Part shown: positions 11,031 through 18,842 of the stretch, piece by piece
Layout: every line of letters starts with the position of its first letter
How positions within the stretch are numbered: position 1 is the stretch's first letter
Assembly: GCA_013822765.1 (NCBI GenBank)
Contig: PNKY01000012.1
Location: 48,838 to 112,837, forward strand
DNA: 64,000 nucleotides
Origin: Rhodospirillum sp.
Lineage (GTDB): Bacteria > Pseudomonadota > Alphaproteobacteria > Dongiales > Dongiaceae
Direction: 5' to 3'
Notes under the pieces: generated by a model
Seen by the model: only the letters and a program-made list of their open reading frames with translations
Database searches by the model: none
Told to the model about the DNA's origin: nothing
Translations under genes and position numbers: made by a program

Positions 11031-11279
11031 TCAAGTTCGATCGGAAGGAGGCTTTTCGCTGGCGGGTGTCGGTCCGGTTTTGACGCCGGGCTTCTCGCCC
11101 GCGGCGCCGGCGCACGTGAGCTCGGCATCTTCGCGATCCAGATCCTGTGCCGCACGTTCCCAGTGGTCCTGGGCAGCGCCTTCCGGCCGGCCCGATTCTT
11201 CCCACAGCCTGTATGCTCTTTGCCGGATCCGTTCTTCACGCTCGGCGGAGTCGATGACGCCGGCCTTCGTCGATGACAT
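11031..11279 (-). CDS. DUF2934 domain protein
   Basis: REERIRQRAYRLWEESGRPEG.AQDHWERA; GGAG RBS upstream. Confidence 0.88.
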   Translation of the reverse strand: MSSTKAGVIDSAEREERIRQRAYRLWEESGRPEGAAQDHWERAAQDLDREDAELTCAGAAGEKPGVKTGPTPASEKPPSDRT

Positions 11280-11310
11280 CGCGGTGCTCCCATCGGTGAC
11301 GATGCTTGAG

Positions 11311-11335
11311 AACATCCACACTGCGCTCCGGTTCC
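11311..11335 (-). promoter_or_regulatory. Putative EcfG (general stress response) sigma promoter
   Basis: Minus strand GGAAC-N16-TGTT, ending about 30 nt before the DUF2934 start; consensus is GGAAC-N16/17-CGTT. Confidence 0.55.
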
Positions 11336-11448
11336 GCCCTTCGACGACGTTGCCGATCAACACGAAGCGGCAAGACCTTGGCGGAAGAGCCTCGCCGCTG
11401 CGTCGACGACGTCGGGATCGGTCGTCGGTGAAATTCACACGTTGCTGC

Positions 11449-11700
11449 CTACGCAGCCAGAGAGATCATCGTCACGATCGCCTCGGACAGGTTGACGTTG
11501 TTGCGGGACAGCCACTCGTTGTAGCGCTCGATCTCGGTCAGATCGCGTGGCGGGCGAAGCGACATGTCGTGCTCGGCCGCGCATCGCGACAGCGTGGTCA
11601 CCGCGGCCAACGTAGCGTCATCGACGGTGTATCCGTGCGCTTGGCATTCCGGCCGTCCGGGAACACGACATTCCACTCACCAATCGGCGACCGTAGACAT
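11449..11700 (-). pseudogene. Small hypothetical ORF with in-frame TGA at codon 8
   Basis: ATG at 11700 with AGGG upstream reads MSTVADW*VECRVPG... in frame with ORF 11449..11676. Confidence 0.35.
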
Positions 11701-11785
11701 GGTCCCTGTCTCATGCGATCTCGACCAGATCTCCGAAGTCGGAGTTGGCGCGGCCCGCTAAAGAATCACAGATCAACTAACCCTC

Positions 11786-11801
11786 GGTCCGAAACCGTAC
11801 C
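11786..11801. promoter_or_regulatory. Palindromic operator candidate 1 (GGTCCG-N4-CGTACC)
   Basis: Upstream of the first crp paralog; followed by TTGACG (11811) and TAGGCT (11833). Confidence 0.55.
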
Positions 11802-11918
11802 AAATAGGTGTTGACGGAGTGAACCATCAGCGTAGGCTTTATTCATCGCCTGCCGACGCTTCGGGCGCAGGCGGCTGGGAGACACCAATGTGCTCTTGCC
11901 CCAATGCGGGAAAGAGCC

Positions 11919-12626
11919 ATGCCAGCCAAGACCATTCCCAGGAACGCCAATCGGATTCTGTCGCGCCTGTCAGTGGCGGACTTTGACCTGCTGGAGCCAC
12001 ATCTCACAGCGGTCGATCTCCCGTTGCGCAAGCCGCTGGAAGTGGGCCGCCGGCTGATCGAACATGTCTATTTTCTGGAAAGCGGCATCGCCTCCGTGGT
12101 TGCCAACGGCGACAACAAGCGGAGCATCGAAGTCGGATTGATCGGCCGCGAGGGCATGACCGGCCTTGCCGTCGTCATGGGAACCGATCGGAGTCCCCAC
12201 CACACCTATATTCAAGCGCCCGGACGAGGGTGGCGACTCAATGTCGACGACCTGCGCGAGGCGATCCGTGAGAGCGATACCTTGCACCGGCCGCTCCTGC
12301 TCTACGCCCACGCGTTTCTGATGCAGACCGGCTATACCGCCATGGCCAACGGACGGGGCAAGATCGAGGAGCGATTGGCGCGCTGGATTCTGATGGCGCA
12401 CGACCGGACCGATGGCGACACCCTCGCCCTGACGCACGAATTCCTGTCGATCATGCTGGGCGTTCGGCGGCCGGGCGTGACTCACGCCGTCAACCTGCTG
12501 GAACGCGTCGGTCTTATTCACGCGAGCCGTGGGACGATCACCGTCGTCGATCGCGACGGCCTCGAGGAAAGCTCCAACGGCGCCTATGGCACGCCGGAAT
12601 CCGAGTTCAACCGTCTGTTTGGCTAG
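11919..12626 (+). CDS. Crp/Fnr family transcriptional regulator (paralog 1)
   Basis: VYFLESGIAS, EVGLIGREGMTG, RLARWILMAHDR, HTH LTHEFLSIMLGVRRPGVT. Confidence 0.92.
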   Translation: MPAKTIPRNANRILSRLSVADFDLLEPHLTAVDLPLRKPLEVGRRLIEHVYFLESGIASVVANGDNKRSIEVGLIGREGMTGLAVVMGTDRSPHHTYIQAPGRGWRLNVDDLREAIRESDTLHRPLLLYAHAFLMQTGYTAMANGRGKIEERLARWILMAHDRTDGDTLALTHEFLSIMLGVRRPGVTHAVNLLERVGLIHASRGTITVVDRDGLEESSNGAYGTPESEFNRLFG

Positions 12627-12638
12627 CGAGCGCTCCAG

Positions 12639-12851
12639 TCAGAGGGCGCCACCGGAGATGATCTTGATATCGGCGGCGATGGTATGACGGCCGACGAAGC
12701 GTGGCCGCTGCCAGACTTCAATGGCCAGAAACTCGCTCTTCAAGATCAGCTCGTTTGCCTTCGCGAGGGCGTCCGCGTCGTCGGCCGCCTCGATGTCTTG
12801 CGCAGCCCTGATGCACTCGCCGACAATGAAGTAGCATCGATAGTGCGCCAA
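12639..12851 (-). CDS. Small hypothetical protein (YRCY...ADD.A...IEVW type), paralog A
   Basis: TTG start with GGAGAAGG RBS; aligns end to end with 12898..13101. Confidence 0.75.
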   Translation of the reverse strand: MAHYRCYFIVGECIRAAQDIEAADDADALAKANELILKSEFLAIEVWQRPRFVGRHTIAADIKIISGGAL

Positions 12852-12897
12852 CCGCCTTCTCCAGCACCGCGCTCCGATCGTCCACTTCGAATTGCGG

Positions 12898-13101
12898 TTA
12901 TTGGTCTGCGCCAGATTCCTCGTGGCGCGGGACGCGCGCCACCATTCGCTTGCCATCCCATATCTCAATGCTCTGGTGTTCCGGCTTGGAACGCAGCAGC
13001 GCAGCCGCTTTGGTGATCACCTCGGCATCGTCCGCGCCTTCAAGATTCTGCACGCCGTATATGTTCTCGCCGGTCATCAAGTAGCATCGGTAGTCTCGCA
13101 T
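12898..13101 (-). CDS. Small hypothetical protein (YRCY...ADD.E...IEIW type), paralog B
   Basis: MRDYRCYLM...GADDAEVITKA...IEIWDGKRMVAR; minus-strand TATAAT at 13138-13133. Confidence 0.8.
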   Translation of the reverse strand: MRDYRCYLMTGENIYGVQNLEGADDAEVITKAAALLRSKPEHQSIEIWDGKRMVARVPRHEESGADQ

Positions 13102-13170
13102 AGGCCCCCACCGTAGAAGCCACGACAGGCAAATTATAGGAGGCTCGAAAGGCCTCGCCAGTGGCAGTAT

Positions 13171-13186
13171 TGTTCGGTTTCGTACA
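13171..13186. promoter_or_regulatory. Palindromic operator candidate 2 (TGTTCG-N4-CGTACA)
   Basis: 32 nt upstream of the minus-strand TATAAT in front of the small-protein pair. Confidence 0.55.
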
Positions 13187-13241
13187 AACCCGCGCAGCGT
13201 CGTTTGCCTGCGGTTGCATGCTGCGCTGCAAGCGTTGAGTG

Positions 13242-13263
13242 GTCGGTACGGAGACGTACCGAC
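13242..13263. promoter_or_regulatory. Palindromic operator candidate 3 (GTCGGTACG-N4-CGTACCGAC)
   Basis: Perfect 9-bp arms upstream of the second crp paralog. Confidence 0.65.
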
Positions 13264-13370
13264 TCTGACGCTGCACCAACGCTCGAATCAGACTAGGTTT
13301 CGCCGTCGCCTGCCGATATGGGGGCGTGGGCGGAGACGCTAGAAGCTCTTGCCCTTAATCGGTGAGGGTA

Positions 13371-14078
13371 ATGTCTGGCAGTGTCCCGCGATCAATCGCA
13401 AACCATCTGTTGTGTCACCTCTCTCCGGAAGACCTCCTTCTGCTTCAGCCGAACCTGAAGCCGGTCGATCTTCCGTTGCGCAAGCAGCTCGAGCAGTCCA
13501 ACAAGCCGATCGATCAAATCTATTTTCTCGAGAGCGGGTTCGCGTCGGTGGTGGCCGATGGCACTGGTGATCGCGGCATCGAGGTCGGATTGATCGGTCG
13601 CGAAGGCATGACCGGCCTGCCGATTCTCATGGGAACCGACCGATCTCCTCATGAGACCTTCATTCAGAGCGCCGGCGAAGGGCTGAGGATCAGTGCGAGC
13701 AGCCTGCGCAAGGCGATGGAAGCCAGCCGTTCGCTCCATCGTACGTTCTTGCTGTACGCTCATGTGTTCACGACGCAAGTGACCAATACGGCAATGGCCA
13801 ACGGACGCAGCAAGCTCGAGCAACGCCTGGCGCGCTGGCTGCTGATGGCACAGGACCGGATCGGCAAGGATGAGGTGCCGCTGACGCATGAGTTGCTTTC
13901 GATCATGCTCGGCGTTCGGCGGCCCGGCGTTACCGTCGCGCTCAAGCTGCTCGAAGAGGCGGGCATGGTGCGGGCCCGTCGCGGCATCATTTCCATCACC
14001 GACCGCAAGAGGCTCGAGCGCCTAGCCAATGCGACCTACGGAGTTGCGGAGGCCGAATATCGCCGTCTGCTCAGCTAG
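13371..14078 (+). CDS. Crp/Fnr family transcriptional regulator (paralog 2)
   Basis: Same motifs and same length (708 nt from the chosen ATG) as paralog 1; HTH LTHELLSIMLGVRRPGVT. Confidence 0.92.
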   Translation: MSGSVPRSIANHLLCHLSPEDLLLLQPNLKPVDLPLRKQLEQSNKPIDQIYFLESGFASVVADGTGDRGIEVGLIGREGMTGLPILMGTDRSPHETFIQSAGEGLRISASSLRKAMEASRSLHRTFLLYAHVFTTQVTNTAMANGRSKLEQRLARWLLMAQDRIGKDEVPLTHELLSIMLGVRRPGVTVALKLLEEAGMVRARRGIISITDRKRLERLANATYGVAEAEYRRLLS

Positions 14079-14150
14079 AGGCCCGGGGGCCAATGGTTCC
14101 TTGAACGGATCGACGCAGCTCTCAGAGGAGCCCAAGCGCGAGCGCGGCAA

Positions 14151-14357
14151 TCAAGGGGACGGCCATGCAGATAAGATAAAGCATGATCGCCGAGGGCTTT
14201 GCCGATGCGACCTCATCGCGGCCCACCGCGCGGACACGCGCATCCGCCTGCTCCGATTGATCCGCGTTTCCCGAAACAAATTGCGCGAGCCCACCGGTTC
14301 GCGCGTCGAAGCCAGATACGCCTCCACCAGCGACGTCATGGCGAGATCGTCGCTCAT
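14151..14357 (-). CDS. Small hypothetical protein
   Basis: GGAG RBS before ATG, CATAAT at 14408-14403 and operator candidate 4 upstream; no family recognised. Confidence 0.35.
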   Translation of the reverse strand: MSDDLAMTSLVEAYLASTREPVGSRNLFRETRINRSRRMRVSARWAAMRSHRQSPRRSCFILSAWPSP

Positions 14358-14427
14358 TGGCACATCTCCGTTGGTTGGGCGGCGCAGATCGGCCACGAAG
14401 CTATTATGCTCCATCAAGCTTGAGAAC

Positions 14428-14443
14428 CGTACGTAAACGTACT
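14428..14443. promoter_or_regulatory. Palindromic operator candidate 4 (CGTACG-N4-CGTACT)
   Basis: Same GTACG-N4-CGTAC core as candidate 3. Confidence 0.55.
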
Positions 14444-14767
14444 GAGCGTCGAAAGCGTTCCGTTGCTTCTCAAATACCAGTTCGCTCACCGGTGGTGTGG
14501 AAGCGACAGCGGCACCAAGCCGACCACCGCGTCGGACCAGACGATGCCACGCTCCTTTGCCCAGCCGTCGCTCGGGCGCGAGAACAAATAAAGAACTCAG
14601 CGGCAATGCGGCAGCGATTCCTCCTGATGGACGTTTGAAGCCGCCAAGCATAGATTAATTTTATGTGCTGGAAACGGCTGAGTCGTTGGGAAGCGACGCT
14701 GTCTGAACGGCTTGGGTCACAGGCGGAACCATAATCCGCTGCCATAAGATCGAAACGGGGAGTTGTC

Positions 14768-15241
14768 ATGCGTCTCTCTCGCCTAGCCATCGCGGCCGCG
14801 GTTGCGAGCGCCCTGTGGACGGCGCCCATGGCGGCCCGCGCCGACACCAATATCGGCAGCCTGGTGTGCAACGTGTCGTCGGGCTTCGGCTACCTGATCG
14901 GCTCCAACCGCAACGTCAGCTGCGTGTTCAACCGCTCCAACGGCACGGTCGAGCGCTACACCGGCCAGATCCGCGACTGGGGCTTCGATCTCGGCTATTT
15001 CCATGCCGGGTCGATTGTCTGGGGCGTGATCGCCCCGGGCGACAACGTGGCGCCGGGATCGCTGGCGGGCGATTACACCGGCGCCGGCGCCGGCGGCTCC
15101 GCTGGCATCGGCGTCAAGGTCAACCTTCTGTTCGGCGGCGATGGCGGCAAGATCTCGCTGCAGCCCTTGCAGGTTGAAGGCAATGTCGGAATTGGCGCCA
15201 ATGTCGGTGTCACGCGCCTGTCGCTCACCTACGGACAGTAA
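14768..15241 (+). CDS. DUF992 family secreted protein
   Basis: Signal peptide; GSLVCNV..GFGYLIGS...CVF...ERYTGQI...LAGDY.G...ISLQPLQVEG..G. Confidence 0.88.
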   Translation: MRLSRLAIAAAVASALWTAPMAARADTNIGSLVCNVSSGFGYLIGSNRNVSCVFNRSNGTVERYTGQIRDWGFDLGYFHAGSIVWGVIAPGDNVAPGSLAGDYTGAGAGGSAGIGVKVNLLFGGDGGKISLQPLQVEGNVGIGANVGVTRLSLTYGQ

Positions 15242-15259
15242 ACTGCTCGTGGCCGCCGC

Positions 15260-16666
15260 ATGGACCCGTTGATCGCGGGTCTGCAGGCGATCGTCGGGCC
15301 ACGCTATTGCCTGACCGAGCCGGAAGCGCAGACGCCGTTCGTCACCGACTGGCGCGGCCTTTATCATGGCAAGGCGCGCGCGGTCGCGCTGCCCGGCAGC
15401 ACCGCCGAGGTGCAGGCGATCGTGCGCCTGGCGCGCCAGCACCATGCGCCGATCGTGCCGCAGGGCGGCAACACCGGCCTTGCCGGCGGCGCCACGCCGG
15501 ACGTTAGCGGCAAGGCGATCCTCCTCAGCCTCAAGCGCCTCAACCATGTGCGCGCGATCGATCCGCTCAACAATTCCATGGTGGCGGAAGCGGGCTGCAT
15601 CCTCGCCAACCTGCAGCAGGCGGCGAGCGAGGCGGATCGGCTATTCCCGCTCAGCCTGTCGGCCGAGGGCACCTGCCAGATCGGCGGCAATCTCGCTACC
15701 AATGCCGGCGGCCTCAACGTGCTGCGCTTCGGCAGCGCGCGCGATCTCTGCCTCGGGCTCGAGGTGGTGCTGCCGGACGGCGAGCTGGTCTCCAACCTCA
15801 GCGCCCTGCGCAAGGACAATACCGGCTATGACCTGCGGCACCTGTTCGCCGGATCTGAAGGGACGCTCGGTATCATCACCGCCGCCGCGCTCAAGCTGTT
15901 CCCCAAGCCAGTGGCGCGCGCCACCGCCATGGTGGCGTTGTCGGCGCTCGAGATCGCGCCGGTGCTGCTCGCGCGCTGCCGCGCCGGCCTTGCCGACCAG
16001 CTGGTCAGCTTCGAATTGCTGCCGCGCTTCGGCATCGAGTTGGCGCAGAAATTCTCGCCCGGCCTCGCGTGGCCGCTGGAGAGCCTCGCCGACTGGTCGG
16101 TGCTGATCGAGGCCAACACCAGCTCGACCGCGTTCGACATCCACAGCGCCATGGAGCAGTGCCTCGGCGCGGCGCTGGAAGCGGGCGAGATCACCGACGC
16201 CGCCGTGGCGAGCTCCGAAGCGCAGTCGCTGGCGATGTGGCGGCAGCGCGAGGCGCTGCTCGAAGGCCAGATCAAGATCGGCGCGGGCATCAAGCACGAT
16301 GTGTCCGTGCCGGTGGCGCAGGTTCCGGCCTTTATCAAGCAGGGAATCGCCGCCGTGGTGGATGCCTGGCCGCAGGCGCGCATGTTGGCGTTCGGTCATA
16401 TCGGCGACGGCAACATCCATTTCAACCTGATTCAATTCGAGGCCGAGGACAAGGAACGCTTCATCGCGCGCACCGAGGCAGTCAACACAGTGGTGCATGA
16501 CGTGGTGCAGCGCTTCGGCGGCTCGATCAGCGCCGAGCACGGCATCGGCCAGCTGCGCCGCAACGAGCTGCATCATCGCAAACCGGCGGCGGAGCTCGAC
16601 CTCATGCGCCGCATCAAGCGGCTGATCGATCCGGACGACCTGATGAATCCAGGGAAGCTGGTGTGA
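15260..16666 (+). CDS. FAD-binding oxidoreductase (D-2-hydroxyacid dehydrogenase-like, VAO/GlcD family)
   Basis: PQGGNTGLAGG, IGGNLATNAGG, LRKDNTGYDL, GSEGTLG, FGHIGDGNIH, SAEHGIG, MNPGK. Confidence 0.92.
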   Translation: MDPLIAGLQAIVGPRYCLTEPEAQTPFVTDWRGLYHGKARAVALPGSTAEVQAIVRLARQHHAPIVPQGGNTGLAGGATPDVSGKAILLSLKRLNHVRAIDPLNNSMVAEAGCILANLQQAASEADRLFPLSLSAEGTCQIGGNLATNAGGLNVLRFGSARDLCLGLEVVLPDGELVSNLSALRKDNTGYDLRHLFAGSEGTLGIITAAALKLFPKPVARATAMVALSALEIAPVLLARCRAGLADQLVSFELLPRFGIELAQKFSPGLAWPLESLADWSVLIEANTSSTAFDIHSAMEQCLGAALEAGEITDAAVASSEAQSLAMWRQREALLEGQIKIGAGIKHDVSVPVAQVPAFIKQGIAAVVDAWPQARMLAFGHIGDGNIHFNLIQFEAEDKERFIARTEAVNTVVHDVVQRFGGSISAEHGIGQLRRNELHHRKPAAELDLMRRIKRLIDPDDLMNPGKLV

Positions 16667-17184
16667 GCGAGCTCATCATCCGACCCGCGCGGCTGGACGA
16701 CGCCGCGCTGGTCGCCGCACTGGTGGCGGAGCTGGCCGAGCAGCAAGGCGATCCGACCGAGCACATCTCGGTCGAGGCCATCAGGCGTGATGCCTTCCGG
16801 CCATCGCCGGAATTCGAGGTGCTGCTGGCCGAGACCGGCGGGTCCGTCGTCGGCTATGCCCTGTTCCATCTGTCGTACGAGCCGAGCTACGCGGCGCGCG
16901 GCGTCTATCTCTGCGACCTCTATGTGCGGGCGGCAGCGCGGCGTCAGCGCATCGGCCGCGCCCTGGCGGCCGCAGTCGCCGGACGCGCCAAGGCGCTCGG
17001 CCGTTCCTACGTGTGGTGGGTGAGCAAGCCGCGGAACGAGACCGCCCTCGCCTTCTACAAATCGCTGGGGGTCGAGTCCGTCGCGGTGCTGGCCCACGCC
17101 CTGACCTTCGACACGTTCGAGGCGCTGGCGGCCGAAGGCGACACCAGCGCGTTGCCCGCGGCGTTGCCCGAACCACATCCGTGA
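16663..17184 (+). CDS. GNAT family N-acetyltransferase
   Basis: IRPA..DD, YLCDLYV..AARRQRIGRAL, N..ALAFYKSLG. Confidence 0.88.
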   Translation: MSELIIRPARLDDAALVAALVAELAEQQGDPTEHISVEAIRRDAFRPSPEFEVLLAETGGSVVGYALFHLSYEPSYAARGVYLCDLYVRAAARRQRIGRALAAAVAGRAKALGRSYVWWVSKPRNETALAFYKSLGVESVAVLAHALTFDTFEALAAEGDTSALPAALPEPHP

Positions 17185-17261
17185 CAGCCAGATGAAAGGT
17201 TGCGGACTCGGGCAGGTTTGTTGAAAATCGCCGCTCCCGCGACCTTTCCGAACTGGTTCCC

Positions 17262-18842
17262 ATGAGCGAGCAGATCCGTAAAGTCCTCCATATCAGCGTC
17301 GATCAATGGCGCGGCGAGTGCCTCGGCGCCGTCGGCCATCCGCTGGTGAAGACGCCCCACCTCGATGCCCTCGCCGCCGATGGCGTGCTGTTCAAGCGGC
17401 ACTACACGGTCTGCGCGCCGTGCGGCCCCGCGCGCACCAGCCTGCATACCGGGCTCTATCTGATGAACCACCGGTCGGGGCGCAACGGCACGCCGCTCGA
17501 CGACCGCTTCACCAACGTGGCGCGCGAGGTGCGCAAGGCCGGGTTCGACCCGACCCTGTTCGGCTACACCGACACCAGCATCGATCCGCGCACGCGCGAT
17601 CCGGAGGATCCCGCACTCAAGACCTACGAAGGCTTCCTGCCGGGCTTCACCGTCGGCATGCCGCTGCCCGAGCACATGGCGATGTGGATCGCGGACCTGA
17701 AGGCGCGTGGCTACGACCTGCCCAAAGGCCGCGACGATGTGTACAGGCCGCGCCCCGGTTTCCAGAAGCCGGCCAACCGCGGCCACACCTTCACGCCGCC
17801 GGTGTTCACCGCCGAGGAGAGCGAGACCACCTTCATGGCGGACGCGATCCTGCGCTATCTGTCGATGCGGCGCGACGAGAACTGGTTCGTGCATGGCGTG
17901 TTCCTGCGCCCGCATCCACCGGTCATTGCGCCCGAGCCCTACAACGCGATGTACGATCCCGCCGACGTGCCGATGCCGAAGCGCAAGCCGACGCCCGACG
18001 CGGAGGGCGAGCAGCACCCGTTCCTGAAGGTGAAGATCGCGGCTCTCGCCGCCGCCAAGGGCGTCGACGAGCACAACCCCAACAACGCGGTCCATATGCC
18101 GGAGCTGGAGCTGCGCCAGATCCGCGCGACCTACTACGGCATGATCACGCAGGTGGATGACCAGATCGGCCGGATGATCGCGCACCTGAAGCAGACCGGC
18201 GAATATGACGAGACCCTCATCATCGTCACCTGCGACCATGGCGAGATGGGTGGCGACCACTATTGCTGGGGCAAAGAGATCTATTTCGACCAGAGCTTCC
18301 ACATCCCGCTCATCATCCGCGATCCGCGCCGGGCCGCCGACCGCAACCGCGGGCTCCAGGTGGACCGTTTCACCGAATCGGTCGACATCCTGCCGACCAT
18401 CCTGGAGTGGGTGGGTCGACCGATCCCGGACCAGTGCGACGGCCGCTCGCTGATGCCCTTCATCGAGGGCGCGACGCCGCCGGACTGGCGCACCGACGTG
18501 CATTACGAGCTCGATTTCCGCACCTCGCCCAACTCGGGCAGCATCGATCCGGAAGCGGCGCTTGGGATCTCGCCGGACGAGTGTTATCTCACGGTCCTGC
18601 GGGACGACCACTACAAGTACGTGCATTTCGTGTCGTTGCCGCCACTCTTGTTCGACCTCAAGAGCGATCCTTATGAAATGACCAATCTTGCCAACGATCC
18701 GAATTACCGCGACGTGCTGCTGACCTATGCGCAGCGCATGCTGTCGTGGCGCATGCGCCATGTCGACCGCACGCTCGCCAACCTGCATCTCAGCCCCGCT
18801 GGCGTGACCGATGGGCGCAAGCGCGTCCGAGGCGCTGCATGA
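17262..18842 (+). CDS. Phosphonate monoester hydrolase / sulfatase-like (alkaline phosphatase superfamily)
   Basis: VDQWR, formylglycine motif CGPARTSLHTGLYLMNHR, PHPP, DHGE, YKYVHF..LPPLLFDL..DP.E as in PMH enzymes. Confidence 0.85.
   Translation: MSEQIRKVLHISVDQWRGECLGAVGHPLVKTPHLDALAADGVLFKRHYTVCAPCGPARTSLHTGLYLMNHRSGRNGTPLDDRFTNVAREVRKAGFDPTLFGYTDTSIDPRTRDPEDPALKTYEGFLPGFTVGMPLPEHMAMWIADLKARGYDLPKGRDDVYRPRPGFQKPANRGHTFTPPVFTAEESETTFMADAILRYLSMRRDENWFVHGVFLRPHPPVIAPEPYNAMYDPADVPMPKRKPTPDAEGEQHPFLKVKIAALAAAKGVDEHNPNNAVHMPELELRQIRATYYGMITQVDDQIGRMIAHLKQTGEYDETLIIVTCDHGEMGGDHYCWGKEIYFDQSFHIPLIIRDPRRAADRNRGLQVDRFTESVDILPTILEWVGRPIPDQCDGRSLMPFIEGATPPDWRTDVHYELDFRTSPNSGSIDPEAALGISPDECYLTVLRDDHYKYVHFVSLPPLLFDLKSDPYEMTNLANDPNYRDVLLTYAQRMLSWRMRHVDRTLANLHLSPAGVTDGRKRVRGAA

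Noticed and set aside
11677-11679. In-frame TGA as selenocysteine
   Set aside because: No redox motif context or recognisable SECIS hairpin.
17055-18788. Long antisense or alternative-frame ORFs (also 170-1294, 50584-51891, 51038-52579, 54477-56072, 59039-60400)
   Set aside because: Shadows of well-supported genes in GC-rich DNA; no family motifs.
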